A stretch of DNA of 64,000 nt from Octopus sinensis (taxonomy: Eukaryota): contig NC_043000.1 of assembly GCF_006345805.1 (NCBI RefSeq), positions 6,324,001 to 6,388,000 on the forward strand, written 5' to 3'. Shown here piece after piece: positions 12,311 through 25,640 of this stretch. Made by a program: the position numbers and the translations under genes. The first letter of the stretch is position 1, and the number at the start of each line of letters is the position of its first letter. The notes beneath the pieces were generated by a model. It did not search any database. It saw only the letters and a list, made by a program, of their open reading frames with translations, and was not told the DNA's origin.

Positions 12311-13560
12311 CTAAATTTAGCTTTTGCTTTGTACAAGTTAATTCCAGGTTTCACCCAGAGACCTCAAGTGACAAGTTAGAAGTTCAAGTTGGTTTTATTA
12401 TTATCATATAGGACAGTGGTTTGGCAAAATCTCCAGAGCATTGTTCTAGAGAATGTCTGTCAAAACATAAGTAAATTAGAAGTTTGTTTTAAAAGTAATT
12501 TGATAAGATGATAGTCCCCTGTTAGATGGCAGTAAAAGATGTTTGTTGTTATTTGAAAAGTATTTTGATATTGTTTACGGGTTAAAGTATTTTAACAGAG
12601 TTTACGGATTAAAATATTTTGGGGATTACAGAGACAATATTTTATGTATGATATGGGCAGTTCCCATGAGCAGTATTTTTTTAATTACTTCCATTTGGGG
12701 ATTTCCTGGTATCTGAATTAGGTAGCAATCAGCCCCTTTTGCTATCATTCCTAGGGCACCTATGACAACAGGTATTGTTTTAGTCATGAGGTTTCACATT
12801 TTTCCAATTTCTATTCCAAGATCTTCATACTCGTTCAGTTTTTGGTAGGTCTTGACAGATACATTTATGTTGATTGGGTCAGTCATGTCAATGAGGAGGC
12901 ATGATTTTTGTCTGAAGTCCTTCAATATAATGTCTGGCCTATTCTCATATATCTTTCAGTCAGTTTGAAAACTGAAGTTCCAAAGGAGTGAGATGTGGTC
13001 ATTATCAAGCACTGGCAGTGGTTTTTATCATGGGGCAGGTCCAAGTCTTTGCAAATTACCCAGTGAATATACTGTGCTGCTCTGTCATGCCTGTTGAGAT
13101 TCTCTGTAGGCCCAAGAAGACTGCACTTGGAGACAACATGATCGATGGTTTCATTTTGTTGTTTACATACTTGACATTTTGGGTAACTGCCATTCTTTAA
13201 GTCTTTAAGATGTTGGCCTGGTATCTTCTTGCAGGTAGGCATTGATCTTGGGCTGCTATGATAAACCCTTCTGTCTTTGATTTTAAGCCAGAAGACATTA
13301 ACCACTGATGGGTAAGGGCTGTGTCAACATCAGTATTATTAGCTCTTTCTGGGTATTGGCTCTTGAGAGGTTTTTCTTGCCATTTATCACTAAGAATATC
13401 TAAGGCAGCAGTTTTAGTACGGGTCTTCATATGCTTAGCTTTTTCTGTGTTTGCTTCCATTACGCCTAATTCTGGGATTTGTTGTATTTGAAATTCACTT
13501 AGATATTTCTTTGCCCAACTTCTTGTTGAGTATGATGTTTTCTTATTTTCATGCTGTCTT
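12311..13560 (-). mobile_element. 5'-truncated R4/Dong-clade non-LTR retrotransposon (CCHC plus restriction-like endonuclease region)
   Basis: Translates KWQEKPLKSQYP...EGFIIAAQDQCL...CQVCKQQNETIDHVVSKC...RHDRAAQYIHW...NRPDIIL...IPVVIGALG...MGTAHIIHKILSL*. The 3' UTR runs into (TAA)n at 12207-12310. Confidence 0.9.
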
Positions 13561-15129
13561 ATTATTATTATCATCATCAACAAACTGGCAGAATTGTTAA
13601 AGCACTAGAAAATGCTTTGCAGTATTTGTTCTGGCTCTTTACATTCTGAGTTCAAATCCAGCCAAGATTAGTCCTTTCAGGGTCAATAAAAAAAGTACCA
13701 CTCAAGTACTGGATTGATGGTCTTGTGTCTGAATTAGTAATAATTATTTATTTGTATTCGATTAAGCATAATGGATGGCATTAGATAGAATACCTCAAAG
13801 TATTTGTTCCGACTCACTGTACTTGACAGGTACTTTATTGATTCCAACAGGATGATAGGTAAAGTTGACCTCAACAGGATTTGAACTCTGAATACAAAAG
13901 AGTCAGAAAAAAGTGCCAGGAAGCATTTTGTCCAACATCCTAATGAGTCTGCCAACTCTACACCTTAACAATAATAATAATCCTTTCTATAAGAGGCACA
14001 AGGTCTGAAATTTGGGGGGGGGGGAGATAGGTCGATTACATCAACCCCAGTGCTTCACTGGTACTTAATTTATTCTTTTCTATTCAAGGCACAAAGCCTG
14101 AAATTTTGGGGGAGGATGGGCCAGTTGATTAGATCAACCCTAGTATGCAACTGGTACTTAACTTATCGACCCCGAAAGGATGAAAGGCAAAGTTGACCTT
14201 GACGGAATTTGAACTCAGAAAAGACAGATGAAATACTGCTAAGCATTTTGTCCAGCATCCTAACAATTCCGCCAGCTAACCCTTTCTTTCTAACAGAGCA
14301 AACTGACGGAATCGTTTGCATACCAAGTAAAATACTAAGAAGCATTTCATCTATCTTTGTGTTCTGAGTTCTGAGTTCAAATGCTGCTGAGGTTGACTTT
14401 GCCTTTTATGTTTTTGGGGGTCAATAAAATAAATACCAGTTGAGTACTGGGGTTGACACAATTGACTTTCTCTCTCCCCAAACCTTTCTGATTTTGTGTC
14501 ATAATTTGAAATCAATGATTCTTTCTGATTTTCACACAAGATCAGCAATTTGAAGAAAGAGAGTAAGATAATTACATCAACTCAGCACTTGACTGGCATT
14601 TTATTTTTTCTCGATCCCAGAAGGATAAAAGGCAGAGTTAATCTCAGATGGATCTGAATTCAAACAGTAAAAGAGTCGGAGAAAAACGCCATTGAGCATT
14701 TTGCCTGATATGCTACCGAGATAATTTGAAGTGAGAACCATTCAAAGACATTAAAGACTACAAAGTAAGTCTGTGTATAGACACCTGTCATCTTCAATAT
14801 ATTCTTTGTGTATATATTAAATTATGCTACCAAAAATCTGAATCATTGGTGGTTGATTTTGACATGCAGTAACCCAAGACCAGAACAAAAAAAAAAAACA
14901 ATCCCACCCTCTGCAATCAAAATCCTTGGTGTAGGAGGAGAGGGAAAAGATATATGTTAAAAGATGAGTCATTTTGTTATTGATCCGTTTGTGAAGATAG
15001 TAGTTAAATATTGTGTATTGTTTCTTTTCTTGTTGTTGTTGCTGCTGTTGTTTTTGTTTTTGTTTTTTTATTACAATCAGGCTACAGAAAATAGAAATAC
15101 TGAACTGGCAATCACTATCATATCCACTG

Positions 15130-15572
15130 CCATGGCCACCACCACCACCATCAATGTTACAACCATCACCAACATCATCACTGCTACTGCTTCTACCACT
15201 GCCACCTTTGCCACCACCACTACCACCACCACCACCATCATCATCGTTACTGCCATGGCCACCACCACCAACACCATCACCATTATTATCATCATCACCA
15301 CTGCCATTATTGGCATCATTGCCACCACTGTCACCACCATCACAACCATAACTGCCAGTACAAAGTACAATTACCACTACCACCACCACCACCACCACCA
15401 TCACCACTACCACCATCATCATCATCTGCCAGTACAGCTGCCACCACTACAACTAACACCACCACCAGTACAACTACAACTACCACCACCACCACCAACA
15501 CCACTACCACCACTGCCAATGCTGTCACCACCACTACCTGCACCATCACCTGCCACTACCACCACCACCACC

Positions 15573-15606
<34 letters not shown>

Positions 15607-15690
15607 TCATCACTGCCAATGCTGTCACCACCACTATCTGCACCATCACCTGCCACCACCACTACCACCACCATCATCATCATCATCATC
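15130..15690. repeat. Compound (CAC)/(CAT)/(CTA) microsatellite
   Basis: Directly visible. Source of the spurious 202/248-aa ORFs. Confidence 0.95.
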
Positions 15691-17776
15691 AAATACAGTG
15701 TAAGCAATAAATAGGTACCGAAATGATTGAATTGAAAAATATGTGTATCTTCAAATATTTCAGCAAAGTGCTTTCTGACCACATGATATTGGACTCGGAA
15801 ATTTCATACTGAATCAACAGTCAGCAAATTCCTTGGAACTTCTATCATAAAATAGCGATGACAACAGTCTGCTGCTCACCAATATTGAAATATATATATT
15901 TACAGAGGCCTCTTTTCAGCATGGATTAGATGTATCTTTAGGTCTTAAAAGAGATGGTTTGAATGATTGATTTTACATCAGCTTATTAAGATCAATAAAG
16001 AGGAATACAAATAGGACAAAGTGTGAAAATTGTGAAACATTACAAGCCTATAAAACTGCTAATAAAAGAAACCAAAACAAGCCAATAAGAGAGCAAATAC
16101 ATGGTCAATCAACATGCTAGAAATCGCAGTCAAATCTCCTTAAAAATCACACCTCGTCATCATTATCATCCTCCTATGGACCAACACATGCCAGCATGGA
16201 ATATGGACATTCAACTGATGATGTTTCAATGCCTACTCTTCCACGTTTGCAAACATGTTAGTGAGAGTCTAACGCTGCTTTCCTGTCCCTTGTCTACGCA
16301 CCGTGGCCACACTTTGACTGCTGTGGCGGCATCCTGCATGCCCGCCGTGGTCCTGCATCTGACACAACCGCTGGCAGCTCAGCCGCCAACCACGACTGCG
16401 ATTGCATGGTTGTTATGCTGCTCATCCAATTGCGCTTTCCACCTCTCTGCCACGCTGCCATGCATCGCCTGCATTTCACCAAGAGCTCCACACTCTCGTG
16501 CTCATGATCATTCGTAACGCACAAAACTTTGCGGCCTTGCGCGCATCAACGTGGACGCCACCACGACCAATGCTGGCAGCCTCTTGGCTGTTGCAGGCAG
16601 AACCACGTGATCCACGTGGTTGATACCATGACGTGGTCCGTCCTGTAGATTTACAGGTCAGGCCACGCGGAACAGCCACACTCTAGGTGACTGTCGCACC
16701 CCAAGGGGGTTCTGACTACATTAAGGGGTACGACCTGGCAGGTCGATGTCTCCAGTGTTGGCGGCGCTGCAGCAACAACGATGAGAGTATGTCAGGGCAA
16801 AATTTTCTTCGGCCCAATGCCTACAAACAGCCCAGACATACTTTTGTAGTGAGCTGCAAGTGAAGTTAGCAAAGCCATTGCTTACAAGCTGGAAGGTGAA
16901 ACATATGTAGGCGTGTAGACAAGAGAAATATAAACACACTCACATGAACACACACACACACGCACATACACACAGTTATAAACAAAAAAGCTAGGGCAAG
17001 TTTTTTATTACATCAATCTACATTTGTTTCGTGTGAATCTGATGAAACAATTATAAATTGATGTAATAAAAAGATTTTTGAACGCATTCTATGGATATTA
17101 GTGGATTTTCAGACAATTGTTTAACAAAACAAACAATTTCCAGGTTACTGCCTTGTCTGATAGCCTGTACCCATGGATGAGCTTAATATAACTTTATTCA
17201 GGGTTAATACCTAAACGAAATTTTACATATATATATACACACACACACTTAAACAACAGCCTTCTTTAGTTTCTGTCAAACAAATGCACTCAAAAGCCTT
17301 GGTCAGTCTCTGTGTGTGTGTGTGAGAGAGATGGGGGGAAGAGGGACAGAAAGATAGAGATATAGATAGATTGACAACCTACTTCTTTCAGTTTCTCTCT
17401 GCCAAATCCACTCACAAGGCTTTGGTCAGCCTGGGTCTATGGCAGAAGATACTTGCACAAGATGCCACAGTGAATGTAAATCCAAAACTATATGGATGGA
17501 AGGCAAATCCCTGAACCACACATCTATGTATACATCTATAATTCATCTTTAAAAAGAAAAAAAGCACACACTAGATAATGTAGTCCTAAGGAAACTATAC
17601 CTGAACAAACAAGAAATAAGGGTATTCACAGCTGAACATTTTTGATCATAGGCCTGCTATGTCTGATCTGACCTGATTCTAAAACAGCAACAAGTATTAA
17701 AGCTATGACTGCAAAAGAAATCTCAATCTTGATGGGTTAGTCATATAATTTGGAATATTGAACTATTGCTTTCCAG

Positions 17777-17814
17777 AACAAAGGCTACATGCTGAAGTAA
17801 ATACCATTATAGAA
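17777..17814 (+). CDS. Coding exon (phase 1 to 0): EQRLHAEVNTIIE
   Basis: Acceptor aactattgctttccag, consensus donor gaa|gtaagt. Phase 1 matches the 11436 donor. Confidence 0.55.
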
Positions 17815-18009
17815 GTAAGTGGTCAAACAAGAAAATTACTTAGAAATGAACTTGTCCAAAATGATACAGACCAAATCAACTAAAGAAGTCCACCTGAACC
17901 AAACTGATCACTTTCTCATCCTGCTTTTGGAAAATAACATTTTAAACTGTTTCCTGAAGACATGAACTGAATTTAGATAAATCATTAACTGTTTTCCATA
18001 AGCATCTAA

Positions 18010-18202
18010 AATGTGTGTATGTGTGTGTGTGAATCTCTCTCTCTCTCAATATATATATATATATATGTATGTATGTATGTATGCATGCATGCATGTATGT
18101 ATGTATGTATGTATGTATGTATGTATGTATATCCACACACACAAGTATTCATATATATGCATATATATATATACATATATATCATATATATATATATATA
18201 TA

Positions 18203-18251
<49 letters not shown>

Positions 18252-18286
18252 TATATACATGTAAATATATACATAAACATATATAA

Positions 18287-18334
<48 letters not shown>

Positions 18335-18340
18335 TATAAA
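18010..18340. repeat. (TA)n/(TATG)n/(CA)n compound microsatellite
   Basis: Directly visible. Similar arrays at 20630-20970, 54870-54980 and 61640-61830. Confidence 0.95.
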
Positions 18341-19428
18341 TCATTACCATCATCATCATCACTTAATGTCTTCCTTGCATGCTGACATGAGTTAGATGGT
18401 TGAACAGAAGCTGGCAAGTGAGAAGACCATGCTAAGCTCTGCTGTCTGCTTTGGTACGGTTTCTATGGCTGGGTGCCCTTCCTGACACAAATCACTTTAC
18501 AGAATGTACTGGGTGTTTTTTTTACATGGAACCAACAGTAATGAGGTCCACCAAGCAATTTGCAAGACAAGATCTCTTCAACTGAGGGGAGAGTAGTAAA
18601 GAAGGAGAAGTCTTTGTTGCCAGTCGAGAAGAGATCAGAGCATGAATAGTTACCTTCTCTATCATGAAACCAGGAAAATGGCTCACAAGAGTCATTTTCC
18701 TGGTTTCATAGCATATATATTCCACACCTGGATTGGATGCTGGTCCATCACAGGATTACTGATTTTTGCCACCTGAATGGGCAGGAGCAAAGTAAAACAA
18801 AGTGTTTTGTTCAAGAATACAACACGTCACCTGCATCAACATAAATATAAGTATACACACATATGTATTACCTATTTCTTTATTGCCCACAAGGGGCTAA
18901 GCACAGAGGGGACAAACAAGGACAGACAAACGGATTAAGTCGATTACATTGACTCCCAGTGCGTAACTGGTACTTAGTTTATCGATCCTGAAAGGATGAA
19001 AGGTAAAGTCAACCCAGCGGAATTTGAACTCAGAATGTAATGGCAGATGGAATACCGCTAAGCATTTCGCCCGGCATGCTTACGTTTCTGCCAGCTCACC
19101 ATTTTTGCCTTGATTACTATTAGTGTCATTTTAATGCTTATTTATCTGTGTTGGAAAGATCAGGCAAAGAGCATGTCTTGATTTCTTATCATTTCATCTA
19201 TAAAGCTTAATCCTAAATACAATCAAGAAAGTGGCTAGCTAAGTACAACACTACAGAAGATATGAGAATTTTCAAGGAAGCAATAATAAACCCAATGCCT
19301 CCTTATCGATGTCTTTAATCGTAATACTGTTGTCTTTGATCATAATGCTATAAGAAATCCAATCTTCTTTAGACAGAAAGAAAGAGCACATGATTTGGGG
19401 TCAGCTAGAATTATACTTTCTTCTGCAG

Positions 19429-19485
19429 ATTTTCGCCAGGGATAATGAGCAAGGCATTACTTATCTTACTGATTATAGGATTTGA
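19429..19485 (+). CDS. Terminal coding exon: IFARDNEQGITYLTDYRI*
   Basis: Strong acceptor ttatactttcttctgcag. Phase 0 matches the 17814 donor. Stop TGA at 19483-19485. Confidence 0.5.
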   Translation: MFARDNEQGITYLTDYRI

Positions 19486-20725
19486 GCAGCATGTTCCATC
19501 ATTATGTCTTTCAAAGCTAATAATATCTGGGGTCACTGCTCATATTGTGGTCATTGGGGTTTACACTCACATCTGCCCTTAAAGCACAAATAGAAATAGG
19601 AAGATTCTGGGAGACTTCATTTGGGAATATTTGTAGCAGTCTCTGGCTTGAAGAACTTAGGAAGACACCAGTATTAGGTTGATTAAATTGACCCCAGTAG
19701 TTAATAGTAAAGTTGACAATGGCAGGATTTAAATTTAGAACATAGTTGTAACTAAATACTACAAAGCACCTAGTTGATTAAACTAACTCCAGTACTTGAT
19801 GGAAAAGCAATGCTGACTTTGGCAGGATTTGAAATTAGAACATAGAGATTCATAACTAAATACTGCACAGCATTCACTTGATAAAATTTAACCCTAGAAC
19901 TTGACAGAAAAGTAATGTTAACTATAGCATGATTTGAAACTAGAACATAAAGATTCATAACTAAATACAGCAAGGAATATATTCAGTTGATTTAATTTAA
20001 CCTCAGTTCTTGAGAGAAAAGCATGGTTGACTCTGATAGGATTTGAACCGAGAATGTAGAGATTTGTAACTACAAGGCATTTTGTCCGATGCTCTTACAA
20101 TTCTGCCAATCCACCATCATGGATGAAATACTTTCAAACAAATCAATTTGAAATCTTTGATTCTTGTGTGCCTCGTTTTGTGTCAAAGTGACTTAAGCAT
20201 GCAACAGAAAGATAAAATGAGTTAGATGGACAGGCTCTGAAAAGGCTTGGGTTTTTGATGTTTCAAAGAAGCGTCAGAACTCAATGCCATCACAATGCAT
20301 GAAGTCATCTCATTTAACAAATCATATTAACGATTTTTTGTGCTGACATACACCATAACTGGTTTCCGTTACTTTTTCCTTTTTTAACTGAGAGATTGAT
20401 TGAAATGCTTTTCCTTTGTCTTATTTCATAAGATGGTACGAAAAAGATGGTTTGCTCTTTTTTCTTTATCTTGTTCCAGTCATTGGACTGTAGTCACGCT
20501 AGGCACCACCTTTAAGGGTTTCAATCAATTATATCAGCGATAGTATTCATTTCAGTTTGGTTCTTCTATAATTGATTCATATTTATTGAATGGGTAAATT
20601 ACACAGTTTGTTTTACATGGTCAAACATTAACATATATACACACACAGCCACACACACACAGATAGAGACAGATGGATATAAATATATATACATACATAT
20701 ACATAAATACATATGTGTGTGTATC

Positions 20726-20759
<34 letters not shown>

Positions 20760-20831
20760 AATAGATGGATATATAAATAGATGGATATATAAATATATGC
20801 ATACATACATATAAATACATGTATGTATATG

Positions 20832-20862
<31 letters not shown>

Positions 20863-20919
20863 GGATATATAAATAGATGGATATATAAATATGCATACAT
20901 ACATATAAATACATGTATG

Positions 20920-20959
<40 letters not shown>

Positions 20960-23900
20960 CACACACATGCATACACATGTCTTTATAGTTGTGTTTATCC
21001 TCCACTTCTGCTTGATAACTGGTGTTGGTTTGTTTATGTCCCCATAACATGGTATTCAGCAAAACAGACCAACGCAATAAGTACCCAACCTAAAAATATG
21101 TACAGGGGTTGATTTGTTTGACAAAGCCTTCAAGGTGGTGCCCCAGCATGGACACAGCCCAATGATTGAAACAAGTAAAAATAAATGTAAAAAAACATGA
21201 AATTATACTTCACTGAAGAGGTCAAATAAGATTGAAACATGCCTACAGTGATCAACATATTACTAAAGATTAGACTCACTCACTACAATATTCCATATTT
21301 AATAAATTTAGGTTCTGAGGTTGATTCCTCTGTCCCCTTTTTATCCCTACCAAAATTTTGATGCAAGGATGGCTGTGTGGTTAGGAAGCTCTTTTTGCAG
21401 CCACATGCTTCCAGGTTCAGTGCCACTATATGGCACCTTGGACAAGTAACTTCAATTATAGCCCCAATGCGGAAGCTCATCAAATGTGTGTTGTGTGTGT
21501 GTGTGTGTGCACGTGCGCCTTTGTGCCTTTGTCCCCCCCACCACTACTACTTGACAACTAGTAGTGGCTTATTTGCATACTTATAACTTAGCAGTTCAGC
21601 AAAAGTAACCGACAGAATAAGTACCAGACTTTAAAAAAACGTACTGGGTGGGGTGGGGCAGGGTGGGTCAATCTATTTGACTAAAACTCATCAAGGCAGT
21701 GCCCCAGCATGGCCATAGTTCAATGACTGAAACAAGTAAAAAAAAGAAAGAAATAAAAGATAATTGTTTCCATCATTTAGATTGTAATTTTAATCAATTA
21801 AAATTCCTTGGTTTTCAACATTAAATACACTGACATCTGCTTTTACATATTATTATATTTTACATTCTGTATGTCTACTATTAGAATGTCTACCATTACA
21901 GTATTACTTCCTAACATTACTTACTTTAGTGCTCAAGAGATGATACTCTCTCAACCTTTTCTACTGCTTCTACAAAGCATCTAGTTTTTCAGAGAAGGTT
22001 TATAAAAGAATAGTGCTCAGAGCTCAGGAGCACTACAATTCATCAGAAAAGGGTTTATTGACTGGCATCCGTGCTAGTGGAGTGCTAAGAGCACCATCCG
22101 AGCGTGATCGATGCCAGAGCAGCTAACTGGCTTCTGTGTCGGTGGCACATAAAAAGCACCATTCGAGCGTGATCGTTACCAGCGTCACCTTACTGGCACG
22201 TGAAAAGACATTCAAGTGAGGTCATTGCCAGTGCCGCTGGACTGGCTCCTGTGCAGGTGGCATATAAAAAGCACCATTTGAGCGTGACTGTTGCCAGTAC
22301 CACCTGACTGGCCCTCGTGCCAGTGGCACTTAAAAGCACCCACTACACTCTTGGAGTGGTTGACGTTAGTAAGGGCATCCAGCCGTAGAAACTCTGCTAG
22401 ATCAGATTGGAGCCTGGTTCAGCCATCTGGTTCGCCAGTCCTCAGTCAAATCGTCCAACCCATGCTAGCATGGAAAGCGGACGTTAAATGATAATGACGA
22501 CGATGATGATGATGACTGAAACCAATCAATCAAATAAAGAAAGATAGCTTTAATAGCCAAAAGTTAGTCTATAATCCACAGAATGAAACAAATAATGGCA
22601 GACAAAAAGGAACAGTAAAAGACCCATAAAGAGGAAAGGGTGCATATGGCATATTAAGGAAGCATGGAACCTTTGAAAGATTCAGTGTCCTGACAGCTAT
22701 ACCAATGCAGGATAGTTCATTCTGTAGTTCAACAATTCTGAGCATAAATAAAATATTTCCAAAAGTAATGTTGTGGATTTTTTTTATTTAATTTTTAGCT
22801 TTATATTTTATTTTATAAGCATGTCCACAAGTGGTTGAGGTATTGAATTCAAAATGGTTTCCAAAGTTGTTGTTGAATAGATGGCGGATAATCTTGTAAG
22901 CGTCTACCAAGTCAGCCATTAGACGTTACTCTATTCAAGTACTCCCAACTCATTTGTTCCTCCGCCTCCTCCTCCTTTTACCATTTGTCTAGAGTCTGGT
23001 AGGTGTCAGCCTTTTCTAATTCCCTCCCTGCACACATCTTCCCTGACTAGGGAATATTCAAGAAAAACATTAACATTGAGGGTTTGGGAAGGCCATGGAG
23101 CACAACTCCTGATTAAAGAAACCATTATTATTATAATTACTAAGGCAGCGTGCTGGCAGAATCATTAGCACACTGGGCGAAATGCTTAGCGGTATTTTGT
23201 CTGCCGTTACGTTCAGAGTTCAAATTCTGCCACGGTCGACTTTACCTTTCATCCTTTCGGGGTCGATTAAATAAGTACCAGTTATGCACTGGGGTCGATA
23301 TAATCGACTTAATCTGTTTGTCTGTCCTTGTTTGTCCTCTCTGTGTTTAGCCTCTTGTGGGTAGTAAAGAAATAGGTATTCAAATTCCACTGAGGTCGAC
23401 TTTGCCTTTCATCCTTTCAGGGTCGATAAACTAAGTACCAGTGAAACACTGGGGTCGATGTAATTGACTGGTCCCTTCCCCTAAAATTTCAGGCCTTGTG
23501 CCTATTGTATAAAGGATTATTATTATTAATAAAGCAACAAGTTGGCAGAGTAATTAGCACACCTGACAAAATGCTTAGCAACATATCATCCGTCTTTACA
23601 TTCTGAGTTCAATTTGCAGCAGAGTCAGCTTTGCCTTTCATCCTTTCAGGAGTCGATAAAATAAGTACCAACTGAATACTGGGGTCTAAGTAATTGACTT
23701 ACTCTGAAATTGCTGGCCTGGTGCCAAAATTTGAAAGCTTTATTATTATTACAAATACAGCATCATTACTACATTGGACAAGTGGCATTTCCTCTATGTC
23801 TTTACATTCTGAGTTCAAATCCCATCAAGGTCAACTTTGCCTTTGACTTTCTTGAGGTCAATAAAATAAAGTACCAGTCAAGTACTAGTATCAATGGCAT

Positions 23901-24118
23901 TGACAAAGCCCTAACCTTCAAAATTGCTGGTCTCATACCTAAATCAAAAACCATTATTTCAGGATGATATGGCTACTGTTTCTAGCACTTTAAATGACCC
24001 ATATAGAGGTTCCAGAAAGGCTCCCTGTAAATTGAACAACTTCAAACAGTTTATCAAAATATTTGGTCATTTCAGAGTTGTACTTGTTTGGCAAGCTTTG
24101 TGAGAATGTGTACGTGCA

Positions 24119-24152
<34 letters not shown>

Positions 24153-25035
24153 TGTGTGTGTGTGTGTGTTAAAATGGTTCTTCCACAATGTGATTGCATT
24201 TTGGTCATTTATTATTTATGAAGTCCAAAATAAACAAAAAGGCATTTGTCCTTAAACAAATTCCTTATAGCCAAAATGATTATTTGGCAGAAGGGGTTGC
24301 ATGCAGGTGCACGTGTATGCATGTGCTATATTAATATTTTCTGGAGTTCTACAATGTTGTTGTTTAATCCGAGGCCGTCCCTGACCAAGCAAACCTGTGA
24401 ATAAAAGCATTTAAGCCATAACCAATAAACCATTTTTTCCCAGGTGTAATCAATCGAGGACTGTGCTATTCAATGCACCTACCTGTTCTCTTTCAAATGA
24501 TGGCAATGACACACAAACACTTTAAAAAAAAAGACAAATGCTGGATGACTTAGTAGAAAGGAAATATGAATGATAAACCACAGCACAAAATTATCCTCTA
24601 TTTTGATTGAAATAATCTTTCCTTTCTTTTTTTCTTTTTTCCCAAACATGTTCAGTGGTTGTTTGTAAAACACCATTCTGTGAAAGAGAGCAATAAGCTA
24701 CAAATGTCTCATTCTAGATTCTCTGTGTATGTGGTCTGAAGGAAGCCTTTGGATTTACAATTCAAACACGAATACAAAATAAATGTATGGACTACATGGT
24801 TCACAACGATTATCACTGGTCAATCTAGTTAGCCGAGTTGTTTTTTTACTATAGTGCTCGGAAAAGTATTTGCATGGATTTTATTATCCCTACTCTTTTG
24901 TGTTGTGGGCATCCAACCATAGCAACTATGCCAAAGCAGACAGCAGAGCTTAGTGCTGTTTTCTGACTTGCCAGTTCCTGTCAAACCATCCGACCCATAC
25001 CAGCCAAAAAAACAGATGTTAAATGACAATGATAA

Positions 25036-25079
<44 letters not shown>

Positions 25080-25110
25080 GTATGTATGTTTAATGTCAGG
25101 TCACTTTTGA

Positions 25111-25176
25111 GTGCTACTGGTAACATGTAACCCAGTACAACCTGTTGCATGGTCGGGTCGTCGGCGACTAAACCGG
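25111..25176 (+). ncRNA. Degenerate HDV-like ribozyme fold
   Basis: P1 GTGCTAC/GTTGCAT (G.U first pair), P2 CCAGT/ACCGG, P3 5' ACA, P1.1 CC/GG, P4 TCG/CGA, J4/2 CTAA. L3/P3' is about 5-6 nt too short. Confidence 0.55.
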
Positions 25177-25640
25177 CAACCCTACCAAGCTTGCTTGGTG
25201 AGGAGGGTGTTTATTGGACACCCTGCGGGATGAAAAACAAAACCCGTCAAAGGGCGGAGGAACTCTTGAGAGTCAACGGTCATCCAATAAATGTCTTAAG
25301 GCTGTATCATGCACGGGGACATAGAAATAATCGGACTGAATACCCGATCGCGTGGTTAAACCATTGGGAGTGAAGGACTCCTAGCCTTTGTTAGGGCATC
25401 CTTCTAGGAGAAGGTAACTCGGGAAACTGGGATAACTCCGACATAAAACCTGGAGCTCAGTGGTTACCGATAATGTTGACTTGTTCTTCTTTTCGGATTA
25501 TGGCTGCTGTTGCTTAGTGAGTGGGATTGACTCAGTGCACAGCCTTTCCTCACTTTAAAAAAAATCTTCTTGCACAGGCATTGCACGATAACAACATTGA
25601 TTAAGCTTCGTGCAATGGCCATACTTGATAACGAGGGGGC
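25111..25640 (+). mobile_element. RTE-like LINE 5' UTR fragment
   Basis: CpG-rich, with the RTE-5'UTR-like motif gggcatccttctaggagaaggtaactc and no ORF. Inserted in (TATG)n. Confidence 0.55.

Noticed and set aside
14817-15710. 202- and 248-aa mucin-like / poly-T/H/P ORFs
   Set aside because: Entirely trinucleotide microsatellite, open in several frames on both strands, with no donor. The same applies to ORFs at 1441-1793, 8899-9213, 10094-10414, 18006-18417, 20599-21077, 35160-35927, 47973-48518 and 61583-61982.
19440-19560. SECIS element explaining the UGA at 10959
   Set aside because: The ATGA...TGA spacing lacks a convincing helix II and apical AA, and there is no Sec/Cys redox context around the UGA.
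21280-24518. - strand exons 24482-24518 and ~21280-21339 as KCC exon 2
   Set aside because: Translations do not show SLC12 motifs (e.g. ALF/YEEE). Such short AG...GT windows are common by chance.
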